NCBI GenBank assembly: GCA_934155185.1
Contig: CAKPGT010000001.1
Span: forward strand, 21,684 to 85,683
DNA: 64,000 bases
Reading direction: 5' to 3'
From: an uncultured Bacilli bacterium
GTDB lineage: Bacteria; Bacillota_I; Bacilli_A; RF39; UBA660
The notes under the pieces were generated by a model that saw only the letters and a list, made by a program, of their open reading frames with translations, was not told the DNA's origin and ran no database searches. Both the position numbers and the translations under genes were made by a program. Shown in pieces: positions 27,629 through 38,130 of this stretch. The stretch's first letter is position 1, and each line of letters opens with the position of its first letter.

Positions 27629-28701
27629 TTATCTTTACCTTTTTCCTTTCTAAATTTTATTAAATCATAAAAAGCTTCCAATCTAGTTTTAAGTCCTTCA
27701 TTTGCAGTTTGTTCATCAAATGATAGGAAGACAATTGGCATGTTATTTTCCTTAGCAGCCTTCATAATAATTGGCATAGCTCCAATTTCTGGAGTGCATC
27801 CAGATGGTTTAGTATGTATTATTCCATCATAATTATGTTTTTTAAGCCATAAAGTTCTATACACATTATCTAATCCGTCAGCACCAAGAGTATATTTACA
27901 ATATCTTTTGCACTTAATTTTCATAAATGGTGTTATGAATTTCTTTTTCCATAATAGATAACTTAGGTTTGTAAATCTTTTGATTTCAACGTGGTAGCTT
28001 GCTAGTATTTTCTCAAGCTCATATGTTGAAAAAGGCTCCATTGCAGTATAAAGCTCACCAATAATTCCAACTTTTATACAATCTTTTGGCTTATTAATTT
28101 TTACTTTCTTAAGTTTTCTTTTATATTTTTTATATATTAAAAATAATTTTAAGATGCTATTTGTCTTATCGCACTCGTTAAGAAAACTTTTTTTGATTTT
28201 TATAAATGAACCAGTTTCGGCCTCAAAACCTATTTTATGCCTTATTATTTCATCAATTTTATCCATATAATTAACATACATAAATGCAAATATAAGATTA
28301 TGCAAAAACGTTCTTCTTTTTAAGTTTGGATTTAAATCTTTAAATATTTTATAAAGCTCTGATAGTCTTAAATGGTCTCTTTCAATAATTTGTATGAATG
28401 AAAAATCATAACCTAAATCTTTTAGTATTGTTTCTTGCACTTCTGCATAATATCTATATCTACAGCCACCTCCAGCTTGCATTAGAATATTTGCGCCGTT
28501 ATCTAATAATTCTATAAAATTTCCTAGATTATATTTAAATGGAACGCAAACTGAATCAGGACTATATTTACTTCCCAAGCCAATAGTTTTTTTAGTTATT
28601 TTAGGTGCTTGTAAAACATCTAAACCCGTCAAATTTTTTATTAATTTTTTAACAGGATGATAATAATCGGCCAGGTGAGGGAAACCTATTACTTTTTTCA
28701 T
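27625..28701 (-). CDS. Activase-associated protein (COG3580/3581, DUF2229-like)
   Basis: Resembles the C-terminal domains of the large CoA-substrate-specific enzyme activase proteins. Overlaps both neighbours by 4 nt. Confidence 0.55.
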   Translation of the reverse strand: MKKVIGFPHLADYYHPVKKLIKNLTGLDVLQAPKITKKTIGLGSKYSPDSVCVPFKYNLGNFIELLDNGANILMQAGGGCRYRYYAEVQETILKDLGYDFSFIQIIERDHLRLSELYKIFKDLNPNLKRRTFLHNLIFAFMYVNYMDKIDEIIRHKIGFEAETGSFIKIKKSFLNECDKTNSILKLFLIYKKYKRKLKKVKINKPKDCIKVGIIGELYTAMEPFSTYELEKILASYHVEIKRFTNLSYLLWKKKFITPFMKIKCKRYCKYTLGADGLDNVYRTLWLKKHNYDGIIHTKPSGCTPEIGAMPIIMKAAKENNMPIVFLSFDEQTANEGLKTRLEAFYDLIKFRKEKGKDK

Positions 28702-29606
28702 ACGTGTATTCCCCCTTTAAGCATGTCTAAAAAGCTTTCAAGCCTAGTAGTTAATGCAACGTTACTATTTAAATCCTCAAACGTAAGGAGTAGGACTTTA
28801 CTTTTTCCTTTTTTTCTCATAATCATTTCATTAGTTAATGAGTCAGGTCCACATGGAAAAGCTGATATTACTATTACACCATCTACTTTATCTTTAAAAT
28901 ACTCAAATGATGCTAAAATTTCCTTGTTCATTGTCCAGTGTACTTTAGGAGATATTTTATTTGCATACTCGTCTTTATACATAAGATTCATTTCGTAGCT
29001 AAAAATTATTTCTATATCATTTTTATTAAGAAAATCTGTTATTTCTTTTCCAATCATTTCATCTTGCAAGTTATATGAATGACCTAAAAGAAGTATTTTA
29101 GTTTTATTACTCTTAATTTTTTTTAATGTATTTTCATAAATATCTTCTAAGTATTCTTTTTCCTTTTCTTTGGCTATTTTATATGCACTTGATGCTTCTT
29201 TTTTATTAAAACCAAGCTCTTTAGCAAGCATCATATATGCATTCTTTTCATTTTTATGGTGTTTAACATCAATATTAATATGAACTATATTTAGTTTTGG
29301 ATATAGGTTTTTTATAAGATCATAAAGGCAGTTAAAATTTGTACAGACTTGCTCTGTTTTTTTAAGAGAGTATATTCTTGGTATAAAAATATGACTGCAT
29401 TTATCTTTTATACTTTCAATATGACCAATAAATAGTTTAAGAGAAAGGCAGGCCTCATCAATACTTTTTTTCTTTCCTTTACTTAATATATCTATATTAC
29501 TTTTTTTACTAATTACGTATTTTACTCCTAATGCATCAAAAAAACTTTTCCATAAAATTTCATATCTATAATATAGAAGACCTCTAGGAATACCAATTAT
29601 GGACAT
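28698..29606 (-). CDS. Acyl-CoA dehydratase activase-related protein (COG3580-like)
   Basis: MSIIGIPRGLLYYRYEILWKSFFDALG is the characteristic N-terminus of this family. The start at 29606 (RBS AAAGGA) is preferred to 29624. Confidence 0.55.
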   Translation of the reverse strand: MSIIGIPRGLLYYRYEILWKSFFDALGVKYVISKKSNIDILSKGKKKSIDEACLSLKLFIGHIESIKDKCSHIFIPRIYSLKKTEQVCTNFNCLYDLIKNLYPKLNIVHINIDVKHHKNEKNAYMMLAKELGFNKKEASSAYKIAKEKEKEYLEDIYENTLKKIKSNKTKILLLGHSYNLQDEMIGKEITDFLNKNDIEIIFSYEMNLMYKDEYANKISPKVHWTMNKEILASFEYFKDKVDGVIVISAFPCGPDSLTNEMIMRKKGKSKVLLLTFEDLNSNVALTTRLESFLDMLKGGIHV

Positions 29607-29931
29607 TACAATCATCCTTTCCATAAAAGTATATGGTATGTTATAGAAATAATTACATGTTAAATTTAGACATAATATTAATTCAAAAAGGTATAAATTT
29701 TCTTAAAATAGTATTTTTAAAAGCTATCAACGCAGTTTCACTTAAAATACGATGAATAACTGCAAGAATAGGGTTGCTTTAAATAGATTTGTTTTCGTAT
29801 AAATTATTTCAAAAAAAGAGACAAAAATTATCAAAATAATTTATTCCTCTTTTTATTTTATAAAATGTTTGCATAGACATCATGAAATTTACATTTATAG
29901 ATAAATTAATATAAATATATCATCTGCTTTA

Positions 29932-30924
29932 CTAACTATTTTTTATCAAATTTTTCATTTCCTTTAATTTGGTTTCTAATAATTTTTTATTTATCAATTT
30001 TAATTTGTATTCAGAAATCATGGTTTGCGACATAGATTTACTGATTGAATATTCAACAACATCTTTATCCTTAGAACTGCATAGGATAATACCAACGCTT
30101 GGATTTTCTCGTTCTTTTTTAACATCTCTATCTAATGCTTCTAAATATAAATTCATTTTCCCTAAATATTCAGCTTTAAATTCTCCAAGTTTTAATTCAA
30201 ATGCAACTAAACAGGATAATTCTCTATTATAAAATAGTAAGTCAATAAAGAAGTCATGATTTCCAACTTGAACTTTATATTCATCACCAATAAAAGTAAA
30301 GTCTTTACCAACTTCTAATATAAAATCCTTTAAATTTTTAATAATTGCATTTTTCAAATCTTTTTCTGAGAACTCATTTGGTAAATCTAAAAATTCTAGA
30401 CTATAAATATCCAAAATTTTAGTATTTGGATAATCATCTTCATCTGCAGTTTTATTTGCTGTAGGTAATTGTTTACCATCTGAAAGCACATATCTTTCGT
30501 AATAAGATGACGATATTTGCCTATCTAATTCTCTTTTGGAATAGTTATTTTTAATAGAAAGTTTTAAGTAAAAATGTCTTTCTTCTTTAGTTTTAGAGCC
30601 ACTTAATATAAGTAAATTATTTGTCCAAGACAATTGCGTCACCAGTGGTGTCGCAATCTCATCATCTTTATAAGTATTGTAGAATTGAATCATACGTTCA
30701 ATATTTCTCTTGGTAAATCCCTTTATGTTGGGATAATTATTTTTCATAAACTCTGATGCTTTAGTTGTGATTTTATCTCCATAATTACTATTTTCTTTTA
30801 GTTCGTTTAGAAATTTACCAACTTCTAAATATAATAAAATCATTTCTTCATTTACTTTTCTATATGCATTGTTTTTTCTTTTCTCAATCAGTTCAATCAT
30901 TTGATTAAAATTTATATCTAACAT
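29932..30924 (-). CDS. PD-(D/E)XK nuclease, DUF1016 (YhcG-like)
   Basis: The N-terminal DUF1016 helical part is followed by FFIDLLFYNRELSCLVAFELKLGEFK (D...E.K nuclease core). ATG at 30924, 9 nt after AAGGAGG. Confidence 0.7.
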   Translation of the reverse strand: MLDINFNQMIELIEKRKNNAYRKVNEEMILLYLEVGKFLNELKENSNYGDKITTKASEFMKNNYPNIKGFTKRNIERMIQFYNTYKDDEIATPLVTQLSWTNNLLILSGSKTKEERHFYLKLSIKNNYSKRELDRQISSSYYERYVLSDGKQLPTANKTADEDDYPNTKILDIYSLEFLDLPNEFSEKDLKNAIIKNLKDFILEVGKDFTFIGDEYKVQVGNHDFFIDLLFYNRELSCLVAFELKLGEFKAEYLGKMNLYLEALDRDVKKERENPSVGIILCSSKDKDVVEYSISKSMSQTMISEYKLKLINKKLLETKLKEMKNLIKNS

Positions 30925-31137
30925 ATGCAATCACCTCCTTAAAATAAGTATTCATAACTTCACTAAAATTATAGCATTTAATTTAAAAATTTCACATGGT
31001 TTAATTACGAATACGCGAAATTCAAATTAAAATTAACGTTTTGCTAAAAAAAAGGCTAAAAAAAGTATAAAAATATATTGCTTTTTTTCTTTTTATATAG
31101 TAGAATTAAGTAGTCAGTTTTACCAGTTCTATGAAAT

Positions 31138-31214
<77 letters not shown>

Positions 31215-31231
31215 TTTTATATTTATAAACT

Positions 31232-31308
31232 GGCGCGTTGGTGAAGTGGTTTAACACACCGCCCTTTCACGGCGGCATTCATGGGTTCAAATCCCATACG
31301 CGTCACCA
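31232..31308 (+). tRNA. tRNA-Glu (anticodon UUC)
   Basis: Anticodon arm CCGCC-CTTTCAC-GGCGG, T-loop GGTTCAAATCC, CCA. Confidence 0.85.
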
Positions 31309-31318
31309 TTAGAAAAAT

Positions 31319-31343
31319 AAACCCTTATTTTATAAGGGTTTTT
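31319..31343 (+). terminator. Intrinsic terminator after tRNA-Glu
   Basis: AAACCCTTAT TTT ATAAGGGTTT 10-bp stem plus a T-run. A second, similar hairpin lies at about 31416-31445. Confidence 0.7.
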
Positions 31344-31545
31344 AAATGCAATAAATTGCTGCTGGTCTTGCCTTTGGTCTTGCTCTTTTATCTTACACTA
31401 AATTTTATCGAACTAAACTCTTGATTTTATAAGGGTTGTTTTTTGACTTCATTTTACGTAAAGTAATTATATTTAAATTTCATTTCATTTAACTTATATT
31501 AAATTATGATATAATTGGTATATAAAATAGTAAAGGAGAATAGAA

Positions 31546-32475
31546 ATGGGAGTATTTAAAAATGAGGTAGGAAGGCCTAGCAATGAAACTATAAGGAAGA
31601 GGAGTGCCATAAAAGCTATATGTATAGTACTAGTTTTAATAATTATTGGAATGGGTATTTATATTTTAAATGATAAGGGTATTATAACTATAAATATTAG
31701 TAAGGAAAGCAAAACAAATAATAAAAGTGAAACTAAAAGTACACAGAAGCAAACTACAAAAAAAGAATTAGCTAAAGAGGAGAATCTATCTGATGAAGAA
31801 GGAAGAAAAATAGTAAAATCCGTTTTTGGCAATTTTACAATGTTTTGGGCAATTGACTCTAAAAAGTTAGAATTAAATAATGAAAACATGAAGACATATG
31901 TGGCAATTATTAACATGACAGAAGGAACCAAAAAATATACTTGTAAGGAATTATTTGGCGATAATATAAAAGATTATTCAAACCGCTATGAAAAGGGAAG
32001 TTGGCAAGTTGAAGGATATTTATGTAGTGATGGAAAGCAGACATTATATGATTATTCAGAAGTAAATAATCAATATAAAAAAATGTTTGGAGAAGATAAA
32101 AATGCTTTAGCTTCATCAATAGATATTATTGGTGGTGGAAAATATGGTTATTCCAAATTAAAAAATGGTTATTCATTTTTATCATGTGAATGTGGAGGCG
32201 CAATGCCTGCAATGATATCAGGGTTTACAAATGTAAAAAAGCAAGGGACTACTTTATTAGTTGATTATTTAGAGATAGTTGAAGATGATAATCAAAATTT
32301 CGTCTTTAATGATGGAACGAAAATAAGTGCTTTTTATACTAATGAAAGTGAAGAAGAGTTCAAAAAATATAGAGAAGAGCAATTTCAAAAATATAAAGAT
32401 AAAATTAATACAAAATTTACTTTGGTTTTTGAAGAACAAAAAGATGGAAATTACATATTTAAAGAAGTTAGGTAA
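31546..32475 (+). CDS. Hypothetical membrane-anchored protein
   Basis: N-terminal TM (AICIVLVLIIIGMGIYIL) followed by an uncharacterised ectodomain. Confidence 0.45.
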   Translation: MGVFKNEVGRPSNETIRKRSAIKAICIVLVLIIIGMGIYILNDKGIITINISKESKTNNKSETKSTQKQTTKKELAKEENLSDEEGRKIVKSVFGNFTMFWAIDSKKLELNNENMKTYVAIINMTEGTKKYTCKELFGDNIKDYSNRYEKGSWQVEGYLCSDGKQTLYDYSEVNNQYKKMFGEDKNALASSIDIIGGGKYGYSKLKNGYSFLSCECGGAMPAMISGFTNVKKQGTTLLVDYLEIVEDDNQNFVFNDGTKISAFYTNESEEEFKKYREEQFQKYKDKINTKFTLVFEEQKDGNYIFKEVR

Positions 32476-32512
32476 AATAGCAAAAACTCAAGGGAAGTTT
32501 ACCTTGAGTTTT

Positions 32513-33631
32513 TTAAATACTATTTTTTGAAGTTTTTGCATCATAATTAAGTATTAATGCTATGCCAAGCATATAACTTAATAGGGAAGAACCACCATAA
32601 CTAATAAACGGAAGTGTTATACCAGTTATTGGAAGTATTCCTATGTTCATACCTATATTTTGCACTTGCTGGTAAATTATCATTGTGCTAAATCCTACGA
32701 CAACGTATTTAAAAGATTTATCACTTGATTTAGAAGCGATAGAAAATAATCCTTCATCAAAAATAATGATTAACATTATTAAAATAATGCTACCTACAAG
32801 ACCAGTATTACTTGCATAAACTGAGAAAATAAAATCAGTATGAGGTTCAGGAATATAAATTGGTGTATTACCAATACCAAATCCAAAAAAGCCAGACGCT
32901 TTAATAGCAGCTATTGCATGAGTTATTTGCATACCACTTTTGTTTGACCAATTAAGAAGTCTATCTATTCTGTAAAAAAATGATGTGCCAAATATGTTTA
33001 TGAAGTTATCTTGATAGTTAAAATAAAAATATAAAAATGCTGCTATAAATATGCCTATTAAAAGTATTAAAATTATAAATATACTTTTTCTAATACCAAA
33101 TGCAAAGAGCATTACTGTGGATATTAAAAAATATATTATTACCATTCCAGTATCAGGCTCTAGAAATGTTAAAACGCTTGGTAAAGCAGTAATTAACATA
33201 ACAGATAAAAAAATTTTTAAATCAGTTTTAAAAGTAAAACTATTATTATATTTCTGCTCAAAGTATCTAAAAACTTTGACATTAGTTATAATAAGTATTA
33301 ATTTCATAAATTCACTTGGCTGAAAAGAACCTATTTTCGGTATTATAAACCAGCATTTAGAACCATTTATTTCTTTTCCAAAAATCAATAGACCAAGTAA
33401 CATTATATTTCCAATTACATATAAAAGTGGTGAATAATCTATTATTTTCTTACACCTTACTTTACTAGTTACAAGAATTACTAAAAAACCAATTACATAC
33501 CACATTACCTGTTTAGTTAATATGTCAGAGGAAGAAAAACTTTTTGATGCGGAATAAATTGATATATAGCTTATTATAAAAAAGAAAATAAGGGGTATCA
33601 TTATTCGATATTTTACTGTATTTTTTTTCAA
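32513..33631 (-). CDS. SEDS family protein (FtsW/RodA/SpoVE)
   Basis: Polytopic 372-aa protein with QPSEFMKL and PEPHTDFIFS motifs. Confidence 0.85.
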   Translation of the reverse strand: MKKNTVKYRIMIPLIFFFIISYISIYSASKSFSSSDILTKQVMWYVIGFLVILVTSKVRCKKIIDYSPLLYVIGNIMLLGLLIFGKEINGSKCWFIIPKIGSFQPSEFMKLILIITNVKVFRYFEQKYNNSFTFKTDLKIFLSVMLITALPSVLTFLEPDTGMVIIYFLISTVMLFAFGIRKSIFIILILLIGIFIAAFLYFYFNYQDNFINIFGTSFFYRIDRLLNWSNKSGMQITHAIAAIKASGFFGFGIGNTPIYIPEPHTDFIFSVYASNTGLVGSIILIMLIIIFDEGLFSIASKSSDKSFKYVVVGFSTMIIYQQVQNIGMNIGILPITGITLPFISYGGSSLLSYMLGIALILNYDAKTSKNSI

Positions 33632-33702
33632 GGCTAAGACTCCTTTCTAATTTTTGGCATATTTTTAAATTTATATCATAAATTTTTATAGGAGGACGTT
33701 TT

Positions 33703-34020
33703 ATGAGTGATAAAATCCCTAAGATTTATAAAAATAAAATTGATAAACTAAGAACTAAAGTTCAAAAAGACTTCTATTATCACAGTGATAATGAAATTAA
33801 TAATAGGGCTATAACACCATCTAAAATTAGCAGAAGAGAGCTTTTAGACAAGATAAATGCCATTTTTAAAAGACCTGATTTTGTATATCAAGCTGATGTT
33901 ATTATTATGTACAAAACTGGTGAAAATAAGCATAAAAAGGTAGTAGGTTTAAAAGAAAATTATTTAATAACTTTAGAAAATGAAAAAATTATGCTAGATG
34001 ATATTTTAGATATAAAATAA
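33703..34020 (+). CDS. Hypothetical protein
   Basis: 105-aa ORF with an RBS. No family recognised with confidence. Confidence 0.4.
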   Translation: MSDKIPKIYKNKIDKLRTKVQKDFYYHSDNEINNRAITPSKISRRELLDKINAIFKRPDFVYQADVIIMYKTGENKHKKVVGLKENYLITLENEKIMLDDILDIK

Positions 34021-34043
34021 AGACCACAGTTAAGTGGCCTTTT

Positions 34044-34451
34044 TTAGACGTTTTCTACATAAGTATCAGCTAAACATTTGATTGTGCTAAGACAGTTTGT
34101 ATTTGTGGTGCAAAATGAGTTTGTTGCAGTATAAGTATTTGTATCAGTATTATATATTAATACTCTAAGTGTAGCACAGCATCCACTTACTTTTTCTACC
34201 CTAAATATAGTTGATGTTGTTTGTTCGTTTGGAGTATTAGATACAGGCATTGCAAGCGGAGTTCCACTGCAAGTATATAGTGTTACAGGTCTTGTATTAA
34301 AATCTATTCCAGAATTTGGTCCTAAAAAAGCTCTAGTACATGTTTCTAAGCAACTATCTCCTGGACAAACTTCACTTTGAAGAATGTTTATAACTTTTAA
34401 TATTTCTGCGATGCAGTTGCAGCTTGAACTTTGATTAGAATTTTCACACAT
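34044..34451 (-). CDS. CotZ/CotY-like spore coat (crust/exosporium) protein
   Basis: Cys-rich. IFRVEKVSGCCATLRVL parallels the Bacillus CotZ/CotY FFRVE..GSCATL motif. The ATG at 34451 (RBS AAAGGGTGA) is preferred to 34493. Confidence 0.6.
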   Translation of the reverse strand: MCENSNQSSSCNCIAEILKVINILQSEVCPGDSCLETCTRAFLGPNSGIDFNTRPVTLYTCSGTPLAMPVSNTPNEQTTSTIFRVEKVSGCCATLRVLIYNTDTNTYTATNSFCTTNTNCLSTIKCLADTYVENV

Positions 34452-34616
34452 AATATTCACCCTTTCTATCTTTTTCACTAGTAGCATATTCAAAACATGT
34501 TAATAAGTACCAATTAAATAGCCCCGTTTACAAGAATTTGATATGGCATTATGCCATATGATGATAATGTAATTGCATTTTTACTAAACTTGTTATATAA
34601 TTCTTGATAGGGTGAT

Positions 34617-34946
34617 ATGATGTTAGATGGTATGTTAAAGTACATTATAATAATAGTTGTACTTGCTTTAATAGCACTAGTTGTTATTAAGGCTAGTAAG
34701 CCAGGTTTTAAATATGAAGCTAATAAACTTGTAGAGTACTTAGGTGGTATTAAAAATATTACCAATATGGAAGTTAGTGTATCAAGGTTTAAGGTTACTT
34801 TAAAAGACCCTTCAAAGGTTAATAAAGAGGGCATTCAAAAACTTGGAGCAAGGGGTATCGTTGAGATAGATAATACTATGAAAATTATTTTTCAAGATGA
34901 TGCTAAAAAGCTAAAAAAATACATTGAACAACTAAATGAAGAGTAA
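34617..34946 (+). CDS. Membrane-anchored PTS EIIB(Glc)-like domain protein lacking the phospho-Cys
   Basis: LVEYLGGIKNITNMEVSVSRFKVTLKD aligns to the EIIB motif LGG..NI....CATRLR..v.D with Ser in place of Cys. N-terminal TM. Confidence 0.5.
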   Translation: MMLDGMLKYIIIIVVLALIALVVIKASKPGFKYEANKLVEYLGGIKNITNMEVSVSRFKVTLKDPSKVNKEGIQKLGARGIVEIDNTMKIIFQDDAKKLKKYIEQLNEE

Positions 34947-35036
34947 TTTTTACATTTTTTTATAAAAATTTACATAATTCGACAAAATATAACACAGAAC
35001 GTAATATATAATTATAGCCATGAAGGGGGATAGTAT

Positions 35037-36251
35037 ATGATTACTTCTGTGTTTTTATCATCTATCTATTTGATATTTCCAGTATTGATTTATTTTATTT
35101 ACATGTTTTATAGTAAAACTATATATGAAAAGGAAAAACTAGTTTTCCTTGATTTGGCGTTGTTTAGTAGTTTTTACTTATGTACTAAGTTTGGTGACTT
35201 AAAACCTATTACAATGTTTTTAATAAATGTTCCACTTCTTTTGGCACTTCATAAGAAGAGAGCTATTTCTAGTACTGTTTTGGTATTTATAACATCTATA
35301 TATTTATCAAAAACATGTGGTATCAATGTATATTTATATATATTATGTTATTCATTAATATTTATTTTATCGTTCTGTACTAAATTTAAAACGTTAAATA
35401 TATGCGTATTAATAAAATTTTTATTTGATGTTATATTCTTTATGATAACTATTAAATATAAGATTAATTTTAATGTGGCATATTATTTCATTACAAGAGA
35501 GCTAGCAATGTATTTATTATTTTATGCAATGATATTTATGTATACGAAAGTAGAAAATATAGTTAAATTATATAGATCGTTAGAAGAAATAACGAAAGAA
35601 AAAACCATGTATGAATCGTTATTTAAAATAACTCATGAAATTAAAAATCCACTTGCTGTATGTAAAGGATATTTAGATATGATAAATATTAATAATGTTG
35701 CAAAAGCCAATAAATATATAGGAATTATTAAGCAGGAAGTAGAGCGTACGCTAGTTTTATTAAAGGATTTTTCTGACGTATCAAAAATTAATATTGAGAA
35801 AAATTATATGGATATATCTCTGCTTTTAGATGATGTTTATGATGAAACAAATTTATTATTTAAAAGAGAACTTAAGCTTGTGTATGAACCTTGTGAGGGG
35901 GAAGTCTTTATAAATGGTGATTATGATAGATTAAAGCAAGTTTTAATAAATGTTATAAAAAATGCTAAGGAAGCATTAAACCAGGATGGAAAAGTTTTAT
36001 TAGAGAGTAAAACTTCTAAAAATAATTATATAATTACTGTTAAAGATAATGGTGTTGGCATGGATAAGGAAACTCTTAAAAATATAGGAACTCCATTTTA
36101 TACAACTAAAAAATGTGGGACTGGTCTTGGAGTGTGCTTTTCAAAGGAAATTGTTGAAAAGCATGGGGGAACTATGTCTTATTCATCAAAGATAGGTAAG
36201 GGTACCCTTGTTAAAATAACCATTCCTCTTGTAAACAAAAAAAAGCACTAA
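35037..36251 (+). CDS. Orphan sensor histidine kinase (polytopic N-domain)
   Basis: ITHEIKNPLAV (H-box), NVIKNAKEA (N), DNGVGMD (G1), GTGLG (G2). About 5 TM segments. No adjacent response regulator. Confidence 0.8.
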   Translation: MITSVFLSSIYLIFPVLIYFIYMFYSKTIYEKEKLVFLDLALFSSFYLCTKFGDLKPITMFLINVPLLLALHKKRAISSTVLVFITSIYLSKTCGINVYLYILCYSLIFILSFCTKFKTLNICVLIKFLFDVIFFMITIKYKINFNVAYYFITRELAMYLLFYAMIFMYTKVENIVKLYRSLEEITKEKTMYESLFKITHEIKNPLAVCKGYLDMININNVAKANKYIGIIKQEVERTLVLLKDFSDVSKINIEKNYMDISLLLDDVYDETNLLFKRELKLVYEPCEGEVFINGDYDRLKQVLINVIKNAKEALNQDGKVLLESKTSKNNYIITVKDNGVGMDKETLKNIGTPFYTTKKCGTGLGVCFSKEIVEKHGGTMSYSSKIGKGTLVKITIPLVNKKKH

Positions 36252-37081
36252 TTTGAAGTGCTCTTTTCATTTGTTTTATATAGCCTATAAAGATATATAG
36301 TTGGATGATTAAACAACCTTATATTTACTTTACTGGTTCCAATACCAGAATTTATAAACAGTTTTGTTTCATACGCTATTTGATAGTTTTTGTAATAATT
36401 TCCTTTAATAAATAGTTCTTTTAATTTTGGTATGTTTATTTGGCCGTTATGTGTATGACCAGCAAGTGCTGCATCAACTGTGTATCCTTTAGATTTTTTA
36501 ATATCATTTGGATCATGTAAAAGTAGTAACTTAAATTTATCTTCTGCCTTTAATTCCTCTTTTAACCCATTTTTTCCTATTAGTATTATAGGTTTTTTGC
36601 TATCTTTATAGACCATTTCATAAGTGTCATCTAAATTTATAAATGAAGAAATATTTAGTATTTGATTTGAGGATGCATTATCTTCTTCACCAGTTACATA
36701 GTATTTTCCAAGCTCAGCATTTATTTTAGATAATTCCTTTTTTAAGAAGGAAGCATCATCATCTGATATTTCATATGATTTATCAATTAAATCCCCTGTA
36801 AAAATAACTATATCTGATTTAGTATCATTTATTTTATTAACTAAGAGTTTTATTTTATCTTTATATGTGTTTGAATTAAAATGTACATCCGAAAACTGAA
36901 CGATTTTAAGGCCATGCATGTTAGTATCAATTTTTGGGGTTTCAAGCTTATATTCCTTTATAAAAACTCCTTTTGTACCAATAGAATATATTAATAATGC
37001 TATGACAATAATTATAATTATCATTTTTATTTGCCATTTGAGATGTCTTTTTTTCTTAACCTCGTTATTTTTCTTTGCCAT
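36248..37081 (-). CDS. Metallophosphoesterase (YkuE/calcineurin-like), membrane anchored
   Basis: VQFSDVHF, FTGDLID and GHTHNGQ motifs. Confidence 0.8.
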   Translation of the reverse strand: MAKKNNEVKKKRHLKWQIKMIIIIIVIALLIYSIGTKGVFIKEYKLETPKIDTNMHGLKIVQFSDVHFNSNTYKDKIKLLVNKINDTKSDIVIFTGDLIDKSYEISDDDASFLKKELSKINAELGKYYVTGEEDNASSNQILNISSFINLDDTYEMVYKDSKKPIILIGKNGLKEELKAEDKFKLLLLHDPNDIKKSKGYTVDAALAGHTHNGQINIPKLKELFIKGNYYKNYQIAYETKLFINSGIGTSKVNIRLFNHPTIYLYRLYKTNEKSTSN

Positions 37082-37082
37082 T

Positions 37083-37970
37083 TTATCTCCTTAATATCTG
37101 TATTAAAACTAAAATAGTATTGTGTAGCATATGAACCATGATAGGGAGTGTTATATTATTTGTTTTTGTAAGTAAATATGCAAATGTACATCCCATAGAG
37201 CCATAAGGTATTACATAAAGAAAATCAAGTGGGCTTTTAAAACCGGAGCCTATTACATGGAGCAGTCCAAATCCTAGACCACTTACTAATATAAATACCC
37301 ATTTATTATTTATAAGGCCTCTTAAAGCTCTTCTAAAAGTCATTTCTTCAAGTACAGGTGCAACAATAGAACAAGTAAATAACATATAAAGTGGTGCCAT
37401 TTTAATGCTTTGTCTTACAAGTTCTTCATTAGCGGATGTATTTTGCTTTGTTATATAAGATATTATAATTGATGAAGTAGTCATTATTAAGCTTCCTATA
37501 ATCCAGCAGTTTAACGATAAAGTAGCTAGTCTTGGAAAATCTTTTTTTACTTCTTTTAAACCTTTTTTTATTTCCTTTCTAAACATATATAGAACTATAA
37601 AAACGTATATAAGATCATTTAAAACTAATATAATCATTCTTATCCATCTAGGAAGAGTAGTTAATTTTAGTCCAGTTTCACTTACTAGCGCAATAAGAAA
37701 ATTACTTTGATATAATATGTATAATAGTATTACAAGCAAAAACTTTATTTTACTATTGCTTTTTTTATAATTTTTATGCTCCTCTTTAGCTCTTATCCTG
37801 CCTTTTTCAAACTCATAACCCGAATTTTCCATGTCATTAAGTTTAACTTTTACAGTTTCATCATCAATCATATACTGTGCTTTACAATACTCACATTTAA
37901 CAGTCTTACTATTAGAATCTATTTTTAATATAGAACCACATCTTTTACATTTAATATCTATTAGTTTCAT
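37083..37970 (-). CDS. CPBP (CAAX) intramembrane metalloprotease with N-terminal zinc ribbon
   Basis: CKRCGS...CEYCKAQY zinc ribbon; APVLEEMTFRRAL and HMLHN are the CPBP motifs. Confidence 0.75.
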   Translation of the reverse strand: MKLIDIKCKRCGSILKIDSNSKTVKCEYCKAQYMIDDETVKVKLNDMENSGYEFEKGRIRAKEEHKNYKKSNSKIKFLLVILLYILYQSNFLIALVSETGLKLTTLPRWIRMIILVLNDLIYVFIVLYMFRKEIKKGLKEVKKDFPRLATLSLNCWIIGSLIMTTSSIIISYITKQNTSANEELVRQSIKMAPLYMLFTCSIVAPVLEEMTFRRALRGLINNKWVFILVSGLGFGLLHVIGSGFKSPLDFLYVIPYGSMGCTFAYLLTKTNNITLPIMVHMLHNTILVLIQILRR

Positions 37971-38130
37971 TAATTTATGTCACCTCTACTTTAATTGTAC
38001 CATTCTCTATTTCAAAAGAAAAGTCTTGCATATTAAAAAAATATTGAAATATAATAATTATGTGTTATAATTAAGTAGATGAAAAGAGTGGGGTTTAAAT
38101 CCTGCTCTTTATAATTAAGGAGTGATGATT

